This document shows, one piece after another, positions 16,862 through 26,666 of a stretch of DNA of 33,466 bases (position 1 is the first letter of the stretch; every line of letters starts with the position of its first letter). Source of the DNA: Rhodobacterales bacterium (lineage in GTDB: Bacteria; Pseudomonadota; Alphaproteobacteria; Rhodobacterales; Rhodobacteraceae). The notes beneath the pieces are model-generated. The model searched no databases, was not told where the DNA came from, and saw only the letters and a program-made list of their open reading frames with translations. A program made the translations under genes and the position numbers. The stretch covers positions 1 to 33,466 of the forward strand of contig JANLQT010000359.1 in the NCBI GenBank assembly GCA_031368035.1. Direction: 5' to 3'.

Positions 16862-16901
16862 TTGCCTTCCCTGTACCTTGATACCAGTGGGAGTAAAATT
16901 A

Positions 16902-16941
16902 TACTGGTTAGTATGATCGCGTTTGACACCGGTTATGTCAA
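16902..16941 (-). promoter_or_regulatory. Internal promoter/operator region
   Basis: AT-rich 96-nt gap containing the TACTGGTTAGTA dyad (16902-16913) and TTGACA-N7-TGTCAA (16923-16941). Confidence 0.5.
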
Positions 16942-16957
16942 GAGTCAAAGCCAGTCG

Positions 16958-17728
16958 TCACTCGCCCTTGAACACCGCGTTCCGCTTTTCAAGAAAGGCG
17001 GCCATGCCTTCCTGCTGGTCGGGGCTGCCGAACAGGCTGTGGAACACCCGGCGTTCGAACAGCAAGCCCTCGGCCAGCGAGCCTTCCTCGGCCCGGCTGA
17101 TCGCCTCGCGGATCAGCCGGACGGCGGGGCGGGAATAGGCGGCGATGGTGCGGGCGGCCTCCATCGCCTGGACCAGCACGTCGGCATCGGGGACGACGCG
17201 GGCGACAAGGCCGGCCTGCAAGGCTTCGGCGGCGTCCATCATCCGGCCGGTCAAATGCAGGTCCATGGCGCGGGCGCGGCCGATCAGGCGGGTCATGCGC
17301 TGGGTGCCGCCGATGCCGGCGATGACGCCCAGCTTGACCTCGGGCTGGCCGAACTTGGCAGAGGTCCCGGCAATGGCGAAATCGCACATCATCATCAGCT
17401 CGCAGCCGCCGCCAAGCGCATAGCCGTTGACGGCGGCGATCTTGGGTTTGCGCGAGCGGGCGAAGGCCTCCCATTCGGCGAAGACATCCTGCGCGGCCAT
17501 CTGCTGCGCCGTCAACCCGGCCATTTCGGATATGTCGGCACCCGCCGCAAAAGCGCGCTCGTTGCCGGTGATCACCAGGCAGCCGATTTCGGGATCATCG
17601 TCCAGCGCGCGGACCGCTGCAACCATCTCGCTCGCCATGTCCGCATTCAGCGCGTTAAGCTGTTTGGGGCGGTTCAGCCGGATCAGCGCGACCGCACCGT
17701 CTCGGGTGACCTCGATGACTTGGGTCAT
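16958..17728 (-). CDS. Enoyl-CoA hydratase (crotonase, PaaF/ECHS1-like)
   Basis: AFAAGADI, GGGCEL and FGQPEVKLG (both catalytic Glu present). Start 17728 is ATGA-coupled to mmsB. Confidence 0.93.
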   Translation of the reverse strand: MTQVIEVTRDGAVALIRLNRPKQLNALNADMASEMVAAVRALDDDPEIGCLVITGNERAFAAGADISEMAGLTAQQMAAQDVFAEWEAFARSRKPKIAAVNGYALGGGCELMMMCDFAIAGTSAKFGQPEVKLGVIAGIGGTQRMTRLIGRARAMDLHLTGRMMDAAEALQAGLVARVVPDADVLVQAMEAARTIAAYSRPAVRLIREAISRAEEGSLAEGLLFERRVFHSLFGSPDQQEGMAAFLEKRNAVFKGE

Positions 17729-18597
17729 GCCCGCCCCCGCTTTTCGAACCGGGGCAGCATGGCCGAGAAATCCATGCCGCGCCCGCCTTCGGTCTCGACG
17801 AAGGCGCGGTAAAGCTGCGTGGCAAGGTGCCCCATCGGCGTGTCGGCATCCGCGCCTTCGGCGGCCAGTTGCGACAGGGTCAGATCCTTCAGCATCAGTT
17901 CCGCCGCAAAGCCAGGCTTGTAGCCGTTGTCGGCGGGAGATTTCGGGCCAACGCCGGGGGCAGGGCAATAGGCGTTCATCGTCCAGCTGTAGCCCGACGA
18001 GGTCGAAACCACATCGAACATCTTCTGCCGGTCCAGCCCCAGCTTGTCGGCCAGCGCGAATGCCTCGCAGGTGGCGATCATGGTGACGCCGAGGATCATG
18101 TTGTTGCAGATCTTGGCCGCTTGCCCCGCGCCCGAGGTGCCGCAATGCACGGCCTTTTGGCCCATGACGGCAAACAGCGGTTGCACCTTGGCAAAGGCGT
18201 CTTCCGTCCCGCCGACCATGAAGGTCAGCGTGCCCGCCGTGGCCCCGCCGATGCCGCCTGACACCGGCGCATCCAGTGCCAGAAGCCCGGCCGCCCCCGC
18301 CAGTTCGGCAACGGCGCGGGCGCTTTCCACATCCACGGTGGAGCAATCGCACAGGACCGCGCCTGTCTGCATCGCCGGGATCACCTCAGCCGCGACGCTG
18401 CGCAGGATCGCGCCGTTCGGCAGCATGGTGATGATGACCTCGGCGCCGATCGCCGCTTCAGCAGCGGAGGCGACGCGCGTGACGCCATCGGGCATGGGGG
18501 CGACCAGATCGAAGCCTTTGACTGCATGTCCCGCCTTGGCAAGATTGGCGGCCATCGGGCCCCCCATGTTGCCCAGACCGATGAAACCGATGTTCAT
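17725..18597 (-). CDS. mmsB: 3-hydroxyisobutyrate dehydrogenase
   Basis: IGFIGLGNMGGPMA, DAPVSGG...A..GTLTFMVGG, AKICNNMILG, YCPAPGV and GFAAELMLKDL. Confidence 0.93.
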   Translation of the reverse strand: MNIGFIGLGNMGGPMAANLAKAGHAVKGFDLVAPMPDGVTRVASAAEAAIGAEVIITMLPNGAILRSVAAEVIPAMQTGAVLCDCSTVDVESARAVAELAGAAGLLALDAPVSGGIGGATAGTLTFMVGGTEDAFAKVQPLFAVMGQKAVHCGTSGAGQAAKICNNMILGVTMIATCEAFALADKLGLDRQKMFDVVSTSSGYSWTMNAYCPAPGVGPKSPADNGYKPGFAAELMLKDLTLSQLAAEGADADTPMGHLATQLYRAFVETEGGRGMDFSAMLPRFEKRGRA

Positions 18598-18615
18598 GTT
18601 GTTCCCTTTCAGACC

Positions 18616-19650
18616 TCAGGCCGTCGCAAACAGCGAGGGCAATGGCAGCAGACCGGCGATCAGCGCGCTGGCATCCACGGCCGCCAGCGTGGCCGGTTGC
18701 CATTTGGGGTCGCGGTCCTTGTCGATCACCGCCGCCCGGATGCCTTCGTAGAAATCATCGCCCTGCAAGATCAGAGCATTGGCGGAAAATTCGCGGTCAA
18801 GGCAGGTTTCAAGATCGGGCGAGCGCGCCCCGGCCCGGAGCAGGTGCAGCGCAAGGACCAGGCTGGTAGGCGAGTTGCGGGACAGGGCTACCAGCGTTTC
18901 GGCGGCAAAGGCGGACCCGTCGGCCTGCAAGGTGGCCATGATCGCTGCCATGTCGTCGCCCGCAAAGGCGGCCTCGATCAGCCCGGCATGGTCCAGCAGC
19001 CGCGAGGGGCCGGGGTCCGCCGCATGGGCTTTGATCGCGGCATTCGGCGCTTGGCCCGCGACCAGATCGGCCAGCAGCGCCGGGACGACGGCGGCGGGCA
19101 CCATCGCGTCGGCCAGCCCGGCCGCAATCGCGTCGGCAGCGCCGATGGTCGCCCCGGTCAGGCCGATCCACAGGCCAAGACCGTGCGGCGCCCGGGGCAG
19201 CGCCCAGGTTGCGCCGACATCGGGGAAATAGCCGATGGTGACCTCGGGCGTGGCGAACTTCACCCGCTCGGTCATGATGCGGTGGCGGCCATGGATGCAC
19301 AGGCCGACGCCGCCGCCCATGCAGATGCCGTGCATCACCGCGATCCAGGGTTTGGACAGGCGGTGGATGCGCGCGTCCAGCCGGTATTCCTCGGCCCAGA
19401 AGGTCATCGGCTGGTTCGGGTCAGTCCGCCCGCTGGTCCAGATCGTCTTCAGATCGCCCCCGGCGCAAAGGGCGCGGTCGCCCTCGCCGGTCAGCGCGAT
19501 GGCGCGGACGGCAGGGTCCGCCTCCAGCCGGTCCAGACCGGCCCAGATCAACCGCACCATGTCGAGGTTCAGGCTGTTCAGCGCCTCGGGTCGGTTCAGG
19601 TGAACCCGGCCAAGCGCGCCTTCGACTGTGATCAGGACGGGAGCGGTCAT
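18616..19650 (-). CDS. 3-hydroxyisobutyryl-CoA hydrolase-like crotonase-family protein
   Basis: LCAGGDL, EEYRLD, GICMGGGVG, PEVTIGYFPDVG and DFYEGIRAAVIDKDRDPKW. Confidence 0.9.
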   Translation of the reverse strand: MTAPVLITVEGALGRVHLNRPEALNSLNLDMVRLIWAGLDRLEADPAVRAIALTGEGDRALCAGGDLKTIWTSGRTDPNQPMTFWAEEYRLDARIHRLSKPWIAVMHGICMGGGVGLCIHGRHRIMTERVKFATPEVTIGYFPDVGATWALPRAPHGLGLWIGLTGATIGAADAIAAGLADAMVPAAVVPALLADLVAGQAPNAAIKAHAADPGPSRLLDHAGLIEAAFAGDDMAAIMATLQADGSAFAAETLVALSRNSPTSLVLALHLLRAGARSPDLETCLDREFSANALILQGDDFYEGIRAAVIDKDRDPKWQPATLAAVDASALIAGLLPLPSLFATA

Positions 19651-20789
19651 TTCGGCTCGACCAGGGAACGCGCAACGATCAGGCGCATGATTTCGTTGGT
19701 GCCTTCCAGGATCTGATGCACGCGCAGATCGCGCACGATCTTTTCGATGCCGTAGTCCGCCAGATAGCCATAGCCGCCATGCAGTTGCAGCGCCTCGTTG
19801 GCGATGTCAAAGCCGGTGTCGGTGACAAAGCGTTTGGCGGCGGCGCAGAGCACGGTCGCATCGGGGGCTTTAGCGTCCAAGGCAACTGCGGCGCGCCACA
19901 GAAAGCTGCGCGCGGCCTCCAGCCTTATCTTCATATCGGCGAGGCGAAATTGCAGCGCCTGCATCTCGGTCAGGCGTTTGCCGAAAGCCTTGCGCTCGGC
20001 CATATAGGCCAGCGTCTTGGTCAAGGCCGCCCCGGCCCCACCCAGCGAGCAGGCCGCGATGTTCAGCCGCCCGCCATCAAGGCCCGCCATGGCGATGGCG
20101 AACCCCTGATCTTCAGCGCCCAGCAAGGCCTCCGGCCCAAGCCGCACGCCGTCCATCAGCACCGAGCGGGTGGGCTGCGCGTTCCACCCCATCTTGCGCT
20201 CATTGGCACCGAACGACAGGCCCGGCGCATCGGCTGGTACAAGGAAACAAGAAATCCCCTTGGCCCCCGGACCGCCCGTGCGCGCCATCACCAGATAGAC
20301 CGCCGACGACCCCGCGCCCGAGATGAACTGCTTTTGCCCAGTCAGGCGCCAGCCATCGCCCTCCCGCTCGGCCCTGGTGGTCAGGGCGGCGGCATCGGAT
20401 CCCACGCCCGGCTCGGTCAGGCAATAGGACGCGCGGTGTTGCAGGGTGACCAGGTCGGGGCACCATTTGAGGCGCTGCGCTTCCGAACCAAATCGGTCGA
20501 TCATCCAGACGCACATGTTGTGGATCGAGATATAGGCAGAAATCGTCGGGCACGCCTCGGCCAGTGCCTCGAAGATCAGGACGGCATCTAGGCGGCCAAG
20601 ACCGGTGCCGCCGACATCCTCGCGCGTGTAGATGCCACCCAGACCCAAGTCTCCGGCTTCGGCCAACACATCCACCGGAAAATGCTTGTCGGCATCCCAT
20701 TTGACGGCATGGGGCGCGATGCGGTCGGCGGCAAAGCTGCGCGTCATCTCGAGGATGGCGTCCTGGTCCGGGGTCAGCTCGAAGTTCAT
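19647..20789 (-). CDS. Isobutyryl-CoA dehydrogenase-like acyl-CoA dehydrogenase (ACAD8 type)
   Basis: YISIHNM, SYCLTEPG.GSDAA, KMGWNAQPT, GLDGGRLNIA and RVHQILEGTNEIM. Confidence 0.9.
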   Translation of the reverse strand: MNFELTPDQDAILEMTRSFAADRIAPHAVKWDADKHFPVDVLAEAGDLGLGGIYTREDVGGTGLGRLDAVLIFEALAEACPTISAYISIHNMCVWMIDRFGSEAQRLKWCPDLVTLQHRASYCLTEPGVGSDAAALTTRAEREGDGWRLTGQKQFISGAGSSAVYLVMARTGGPGAKGISCFLVPADAPGLSFGANERKMGWNAQPTRSVLMDGVRLGPEALLGAEDQGFAIAMAGLDGGRLNIAACSLGGAGAALTKTLAYMAERKAFGKRLTEMQALQFRLADMKIRLEAARSFLWRAAVALDAKAPDATVLCAAAKRFVTDTGFDIANEALQLHGGYGYLADYGIEKIVRDLRVHQILEGTNEIMRLIVARSLVEPK

Positions 20790-20798
20790 CGCGGCCCC

Positions 20799-21980
20799 CT
20801 AGACCCGCTCGATGGCGAGCGCGATGCCCTGACCGCCGCCGATGCACATGGTTATCAGACCAAAGCGCCCGCCGGTGCGGTGCAGGTGATGGATCGCCTT
20901 GACCGTCAGGATCGCGCCAGTTGCGCCGACCGGGTGGCCAAGCGCGATGGCGCCGCCGTCGGGGTTCACCTTGGCCGGATCAAGGTCCAGTTCGCGGTTC
21001 ACCGCCAGAGCCTGCGCTGCGAAGGCTTCGTTGGATTCGATGACGTCAAAATCCGAAATCTGCATGCCGGATCGCGCCAGAAGCGCCCGGATCGCCGGCA
21101 CCGGGCCGATGCCCATGATGCCGGGGTCCACCCCAGCATGGGCATAGGCGACGATCCGCGCCTGGGGATTGGCGCCGCTGGCCTTCACCTGCGCGCCAGA
21201 GGCAAGGACAAGCGCTGCCGCGCCATCATTGATGCCGGACGAATTGCCCGCCGTGACACTTCCGTCCTTCCTGAAGGCGGCGCGCAGGCTGGCGAGTGTT
21301 TCCGCAGTCGTGTCTGGCCTCGGATGCTCGTCGGTGTCGATGGTCATCACGCGGCGCCCGGACGTCACCTCGACCGGAAGAATCTGCGCCTTGAAATGCC
21401 CGGCGGCCATCGCGGCGGCGGTGCGGCGTTGGCTTTCCAGCGCGAAGGCGTCCTGATCCTGACGCGAAATGCCATATTTGAGCGCGACATTTTCCGCCGT
21501 GTTGCCCATGATGCCATGGCCGAACGGATCGGTCAGGACCCCGGCCAGACCGTCGATCAGCCCCGCATCACCCATCTTCTGGCCAAAACGCCCGACTTGC
21601 AGGTAATGGGGCGCGCGGCTCATCACTTCGGCCCCGCCAGCCAGCGCGACGGTTGTATCGCCCAGCATGATCATCTGCGCGGCGGAAATGATCGCCTGCA
21701 CCCCGCTGCCGCACAGCCGGTTCAGCGTCAGAGCGGGCACGTCTTTGGGGATGCCTGCATTCATCGCGGCAATCCGTGCCAGATAGGCATCCTTCGGCCC
21801 GGTCGGGATCACGTTGCCGAACACCACATGACCGATCTGATCGGGCGCCACCCCCGCCCGCGTCATCGCTTTGGCGGCGACCAGACTGCCAAGCTCGTTC
21901 GCCTCCTTGGCCATCAGGCTGCCGCCGAACGTGCCGATGGCGGTGCGGACGGAGGAAAGGATATAGACGGTTTCGGTCAT
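20799..21980 (-). CDS. bktB: Beta-ketothiolase (BktB-like acetyl-CoA C-acyltransferase)
   Basis: [26 protein letters not shown] and MCIGGG catalytic motifs. The symbol is a family-level assignment. Confidence 0.85.
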   Translation of the reverse strand: MTETVYILSSVRTAIGTFGGSLMAKEANELGSLVAAKAMTRAGVAPDQIGHVVFGNVIPTGPKDAYLARIAAMNAGIPKDVPALTLNRLCGSGVQAIISAAQMIMLGDTTVALAGGAEVMSRAPHYLQVGRFGQKMGDAGLIDGLAGVLTDPFGHGIMGNTAENVALKYGISRQDQDAFALESQRRTAAAMAAGHFKAQILPVEVTSGRRVMTIDTDEHPRPDTTAETLASLRAAFRKDGSVTAGNSSGINDGAAALVLASGAQVKASGANPQARIVAYAHAGVDPGIMGIGPVPAIRALLARSGMQISDFDVIESNEAFAAQALAVNRELDLDPAKVNPDGGAIALGHPVGATGAILTVKAIHHLHRTGGRFGLITMCIGGGQGIALAIERV

Positions 21981-22019
21981 GGCTTTGCTCCTTCAAGGGA
22001 CTTTGCGCCCGTCGCCGAT

Positions 22020-23585
22020 TCATCCGCGCGGGTTCGCTGCGGCATGATCGGCACGCAACTGATACTTCATGATCTTCCCGATCGAAGTTTTGGGAAGCGC
22101 ATCGCGGTATTCGAACAGGGTCGGCACCTTGAACTTTGCCAGCGAGCGGGCGCACCAGTCCATCAACTCTTGATCCGCAGCGGTCATCCCGGCACGCAGG
22201 ACCACGACCGCCTTGACCGCCTCGTCCCGCAAGGGATCGAAGACGCCGATCACCGCACAGTCCGCCACCGCCGGATGGTCGGCCAGGACGCGTTCAACCT
22301 CTCCCGCCGCGATATTTTCTCCGGCGCGCTTGATCACGTCTTTTGATCGGTCCAGGAAATGCAGATAGCCACCCTCATCAAACCAGCCGTTGTCGCCGGT
22401 GACCAGCCAGCCGTCCTGCATGGCGGCGTGGCTGGCTGCTTCGTTGCGGTAATAGCCCATGAAGATCGGCGCGCCGCGCACGACGATGCCGCCGCTTTGC
22501 CCGGCTGGCAGGTCAACGCCTGCGTCATCCACCACGCGGATCTGGCGGCCAAGCACGGGCAGGCCGATGCAATGCCGCTTGGCCGTGCCATGCAGGACCG
22601 GGTTTGCGGAGCAGACGCCGAAGGTTTCGGACAGGCCGTAGCCTTCGATCAGCCGCACGCCGAAGCGGTCCTCGAACGCCGTCCATTCGTCATCCGAGGT
22701 TGGCAGGGCATAGAACGCGGTCCGGATGTCATGCCGGGCATCGGTGTCCTGCGGCGGCTGTACCAGCAGCGTGCGCAGGATCATCGGCACGATGCTGATG
22801 AAAGTGCAGCGATGCCGTCGGACTTGCGACCAATAGCGGCGCGCGCTGTAGGACTGCAGCAAAACCACAGTGCCGCCGACGGTCAGGGTCGGGATCACGC
22901 CGACGAACTGGCCGTTGACGTGGAACAACGGCAGGACCACGCAAGTTCGCTCGTGCTGGGTCAGGCCGAAATGCTGTGCCAGAGCGATGCCTTGGGTCAC
23001 GCTGCCATGATGGCCAAGCACGGCACCCTTTGGACGCGAGGTCGTGCCAGAGGTGTAGATGATCTGCGACGCATCGGCCCCCGTAACCGGGGCCGGGTGC
23101 CAGTCCGCCGCGCCGGTGGCGTCCACTGTGGCCGACAGGTTGAAACCTTGCTCGGGCGTGGCGGTCCGGGCCAGGATCTTGATGGTGACGGCGGGGCAGG
23201 TCGTCTCGATCTGGCGGTATTTCGGCAGGAAGCCCGGCTCGGTGATCAGGCCGGCACAGTCGGAATCTTGCAGAAGATAGGCCAGTTCATCGGGCGAATA
23301 GAGCACGTTGACTGGCACCATCACCGCGCCGATCTGGTTGATCGCGAACCAGGATTGCAGGAATTCCGGGCAGTTGGACAGCATCACGGCGATGGTCTGC
23401 CCGGGCCCGAGGCCGGCCGCCGCCAGATGATTGGCCAGCCGGTTCACCTTGTCGGCGAACGCGCCATAGGTCAGTTCGGTGACGCGTCCATCGTCGTCTT
23501 CATGGATCACAAACACCTTGTCCGGGTGCTTTTCGACCTGCAGCCGCAGCAGCGACGGAACGGTTTGCGTGCCAGCGATGTCCAT
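22020..23585 (-). CDS. CaiC-like acyl-CoA ligase
   Basis: YTSGTTSRPKG, EGYGLSET, TGD, KRAGENI and LPKTSIGK. The N-terminus MDIAG… resembles E. coli CaiC. Confidence 0.92.
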   Translation of the reverse strand: MDIAGTQTVPSLLRLQVEKHPDKVFVIHEDDDGRVTELTYGAFADKVNRLANHLAAAGLGPGQTIAVMLSNCPEFLQSWFAINQIGAVMVPVNVLYSPDELAYLLQDSDCAGLITEPGFLPKYRQIETTCPAVTIKILARTATPEQGFNLSATVDATGAADWHPAPVTGADASQIIYTSGTTSRPKGAVLGHHGSVTQGIALAQHFGLTQHERTCVVLPLFHVNGQFVGVIPTLTVGGTVVLLQSYSARRYWSQVRRHRCTFISIVPMILRTLLVQPPQDTDARHDIRTAFYALPTSDDEWTAFEDRFGVRLIEGYGLSETFGVCSANPVLHGTAKRHCIGLPVLGRQIRVVDDAGVDLPAGQSGGIVVRGAPIFMGYYRNEAASHAAMQDGWLVTGDNGWFDEGGYLHFLDRSKDVIKRAGENIAAGEVERVLADHPAVADCAVIGVFDPLRDEAVKAVVVLRAGMTAADQELMDWCARSLAKFKVPTLFEYRDALPKTSIGKIMKYQLRADHAAANPRG

Positions 23586-23624
23586 CAGCCTGCCGTCCCG
23601 CAGCGCGCTCGTCTGGACCTGTTG

Positions 23625-23984
23625 TCATCCATTCCGCACCTCCCCCTCGATCACCGTCTCGGCGCGCTGGTTCACGCAGCGGAAGTCGAACCCGTCGCCT
23701 TGCGAGGCCGTGACCACGATGCCAATCGTATCGCCGGGATGGGCCGGGCGCAGATACCGCAGTTTCATCCGGCTGTTTGGCAGCATCACCGGCAGGCCCG
23801 AGTTCGCCTGAACCAGCCGGAAGATCGGCTCCATCGGGATGCAGCCATGTGCAATCGTCGCCCCGAACGGCGTTGCCGTCGCAAAGGTCGGGTCCACATG
23901 CACCGGATTGAAATCGCCCGAGATCGCGGCATAGGCGTCGATCAGGGCTTGGGTGATCGTGATGGTCGGGGCCTTATCGGTCAT
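23625..23984 (-). CDS. MaoC-family (R)-specific enoyl-CoA hydratase/dehydratase
   Basis: SGDFNPVHVD...FGATIAHG hydratase-2 motif; start 23984 is ATGA-coupled. Confidence 0.9.
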   Translation of the reverse strand: MTDKAPTITITQALIDAYAAISGDFNPVHVDPTFATATPFGATIAHGCIPMEPIFRLVQANSGLPVMLPNSRMKLRYLRPAHPGDTIGIVVTASQGDGFDFRCVNQRAETVIEGEVRNG

Positions 23985-24406
23985 CGGGCGCCCCCGGGGA
24001 TTATTGCGGTGAAACGGACGCAGCAGACCTGTTCTTGCCGCGTATTGGTGGTGACCATCTGATAGGTCAGAAAGCGGCGGCCCTTGCGCTCGAACCGGTC
24101 GGTGATGGTCAGCGCCGTGGTCAGAAAGTCGCCTGCGCGGGCCGGCACGCCATAGGTGTTCTCGTCGCCGACGCGGATGACTCCGGGCGGGAACACCTGC
24201 GCCTCCCACCCCAGCCGCAAGCCGAAGGCGAGGCTCATCGAAGTCGGGGCAACCGCGCCGCCCGGGGCATCCGCGCGAAAGGCCGGGTCGTCATAGCCCA
24301 GCAGCGCGCAGAAGCCGTCGATATCGGTCTGGGTCAGATGGGTCTGGCCCCGGCAAATCTCGCGCCCCGGTTCGGCCCCGTCAAAGGTTGTCAGCGGATT
24401 GGTCAT
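23981..24406 (-). CDS. Hot-dog fold protein (MaoC-like partner subunit)
   Basis: FC..LG.DDP.F...VAP, P.RAGD.L...TITD..ERKGR.F pattern. It lacks the complete D-x4-H motif and is ATGA-coupled on both sides. Confidence 0.8.
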   Translation of the reverse strand: MTNPLTTFDGAEPGREICRGQTHLTQTDIDGFCALLGYDDPAFRADAPGGAVAPTSMSLAFGLRLGWEAQVFPPGVIRVGDENTYGVPARAGDFLTTALTITDRFERKGRRFLTYQMVTTNTRQEQVCCVRFTAIIPGGAR

Positions 24407-25659
24407 CGCAGGCTCGCCAGCATGGTGGCGGGTTTTTCCAGCAGCGCGCGCAGTTCATTGCGGAAGGCGCCAGCGACGGCGCCGTCGATCAGGCGGTGGT
24501 CGAAGGTCATGCTGAGCATCATCATCGGGCGGATCACGATCTGGCCGCCGCGCACCACCACCTCGTCGGTGATGGCGCCGATGCCGAGGATGGCCGATTG
24601 CGGGGGGTTCAGCAGCGGCGTTTCGAAATCGCCGCCGTAAGAGCCGAAGTTGGACAGGGTGAACGTGCCGCCCTGCAAATCCTCGCGGCTCAGATGGCCG
24701 GCCCGGGCGCGGGCGGCCAGATCAAGGCGCGCATGGGCGATTTCGACCAGCGATTTCTGGTCGGCGTCCTGAATGACCGGCACGATCAGCCCGTCGTCGA
24801 GGGCCACGGCCAGACCGATGTTCACCCCGGCCCAGGTGACAATCTCGTCCCCGATGATCGAGGCGTTGATCTGGGGCATTCGCGCCAGCACCACCGCACA
24901 GGCCTTCAGGATGATATCGGTGAACGACACCCTTACGCCGAGGTCCGCTTCATTCGCCACGCAAGCGGCCCGCAGCGCAACCACCTCGGCCATGTCCACG
25001 CGCCCGAAGGCCGTCATCTGCGCGGTGGTAGTCAAGCTTTGCAGCATGTTCCGCGCAATGGTCTTGCGAAGTCCGGCCAGCGGGCGGCGCGACGCTTCAC
25101 CGGGGGCGGCCAGCACGGGTTCTGCCCTTGCCACGGGCCTTGCCACGGGCCTTGCCGCGGGCCTTGCCGCGGGCGCCTGGTCGCGCCGCGCGATCTCGGC
25201 ATCGACGTCGCGGCGCAGGATGGCGCCGTATGCGCCGGTTCCAGTCAGTGCTGCCGGGTCAATCCCGGCGCCCGTCGCAGTGCGCCGCGCCAGGGGTGAG
25301 ACGCGAAGGCGCTGGCCGTGTTCCGGGGCCGCAGGGGCCAGCAGCGGCCTTTCAGCTATCGGCGTGGCTGCCGCGACCGGCGGGTCGGCAGTCGGTGCTG
25401 CGCTGGCGGCAAGGGCGGCGTCTTTCGTCTCGTAAAGCCCGCCGATCACGCTGCCGATCACTTGCGGCGAGTCGATCTCGGCAAATCGGTGAAGGTAGCC
25501 TGCGCCATCGGATTCGATTTCGGAGGTGATCTTGTCGGTCTCGATGGCGAACAGGATATCGCCGCTCTCGACCCGATCGCCATCGGCCTTGTGCCATTCG
25601 ATCAAGGTGCAATCGGTCATCGTCAGGCCGAGTTTGGGGATTGCGATCAGATGGGTCAT
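24403..25659 (-). CDS. Dihydrolipoamide acyltransferase (E2) of a 2-oxoacid/acetoin dehydrogenase
   Basis: Single lipoyl domain IETDKIT, subunit-binding SPLARR..GID..L.GTG and catalytic FDHRLIDG. Confidence 0.94.
   Translation of the reverse strand: MTHLIAIPKLGLTMTDCTLIEWHKADGDRVESGDILFAIETDKITSEIESDGAGYLHRFAEIDSPQVIGSVIGGLYETKDAALAASAAPTADPPVAAATPIAERPLLAPAAPEHGQRLRVSPLARRTATGAGIDPAALTGTGAYGAILRRDVDAEIARRDQAPAARPAARPVARPVARAEPVLAAPGEASRRPLAGLRKTIARNMLQSLTTTAQMTAFGRVDMAEVVALRAACVANEADLGVRVSFTDIILKACAVVLARMPQINASIIGDEIVTWAGVNIGLAVALDDGLIVPVIQDADQKSLVEIAHARLDLAARARAGHLSREDLQGGTFTLSNFGSYGGDFETPLLNPPQSAILGIGAITDEVVVRGGQIVIRPMMMLSMTFDHRLIDGAVAGAFRNELRALLEKPATMLASLR
25126..25173. repeat. 12-bp tandem repeat x4 in the E2 linker
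   Basis: CCTTGCCACGGG x2 then CCTTGCCGCGGG x2; encodes PAAR-PAAR-PVAR-PVAR. Confidence 0.9.
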
Positions 25660-25669
25660 GGTGTGCTCC

Positions 25670-26647
25670 TCACGCCATCAGATCGCGCACCGCCGCCACG
25701 ATCGAGGTCGTGTCGGGGTTCAGGAACTGGTCGAACTGCCGGCCGAACGGCGCCGGGGTGAAGGGCGGCGACAGGCGACGGACCGGCTGGTCCAGATCGA
25801 AGAACGCACGCTCGCCAATTTCGGCGGCGACTTCCGAGCCGAAGCCGAAATTCTTGTGCGACGAGGTGACGACAAGGCAGCGGCTGGTCTTTTGCACCGA
25901 GGCGGTGATGGTTTCGAAGTCCAAAGGAGAAATCGTGCGTGGGTCGATGACTTCCACGCTGATGCCGTCCTTGGCCAAAAGGTCCGCCGCCACCAGCGCC
26001 CGCGCCACCATCAGGCCCGAGGCCACCACGGTCACATCGGTTCCTGCACGCTTGATGTCGGCCTTGCCGATGGGGATCAGGAAATCCTCGTCGTCCTCGA
26101 TCTCTTCTTTCAGCCGATGCAGGGCGATATGTTCGATGAAGATGACCGGATTGTCGTCGCGGATCGCCGACTTCAAAAGTCCTTTGGCATCGCGCGGGGT
26201 CGAGGGCATGACCACTTTCAGCCCGGGAATATGCGCCACGATCGCCTCCCACGCCTGCGAATGATGCGGTCCGATGCCCATTTCCACCGCTGAACTGGTG
26301 CGGATCACCAGCGGCACCTTGAACATGCCGTCATAGATGTAATGCGTCTTGGCGGCCTGATTGGCGATCTGGTCAAGGCAGAGGCCGAGGAAGTCGATGA
26401 ACATGATCTCGACAATCGGGCGACGGCCGGCCATCGCCGCGCCGACACCAAGGCCGACGATGATCTCTTCGCTGATCGGCGTGTCGCGCACGCGCATCGG
26501 GCCGAACGCGTCCAGAAGGCCGCGCGAGGCGCCGAATGCCCCGCCCGCAGCGGCCACGTCTTCGCCGATCAGGAAGACCTTGTCGTCGCGGGCCATTTCC
26601 TCGCGCATCGCGTCGATGATCGCCCAGCAGTAGGTTTTGGTCGGCAT
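25670..26647 (-). CDS. TPP-dependent dehydrogenase E1 beta subunit (AcoB/PdhB-like)
   Basis: IGEDV, RVRDTPISE, EIMFIDF, HHSQ and EVIDPRTISPLD. Confidence 0.94.
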   Translation of the reverse strand: MPTKTYCWAIIDAMREEMARDDKVFLIGEDVAAAGGAFGASRGLLDAFGPMRVRDTPISEEIIVGLGVGAAMAGRRPIVEIMFIDFLGLCLDQIANQAAKTHYIYDGMFKVPLVIRTSSAVEMGIGPHHSQAWEAIVAHIPGLKVVMPSTPRDAKGLLKSAIRDDNPVIFIEHIALHRLKEEIEDDEDFLIPIGKADIKRAGTDVTVVASGLMVARALVAADLLAKDGISVEVIDPRTISPLDFETITASVQKTSRCLVVTSSHKNFGFGSEVAAEIGERAFFDLDQPVRRLSPPFTPAPFGRQFDQFLNPDTTSIVAAVRDLMA

Positions 26648-26666
26648 GGGATGTCCTTGACGTAGC

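Noticed and set aside
16376-17812. 478-aa plus-strand ORF
   Set aside because: It is antisense to two crotonase genes and typical of high-GC shadow frames.
20682-24062. 554-aa and 567-aa plus-strand ORFs
   Set aside because: They are antisense to the thiolase, ligase and MaoC genes, which carry clear motifs.
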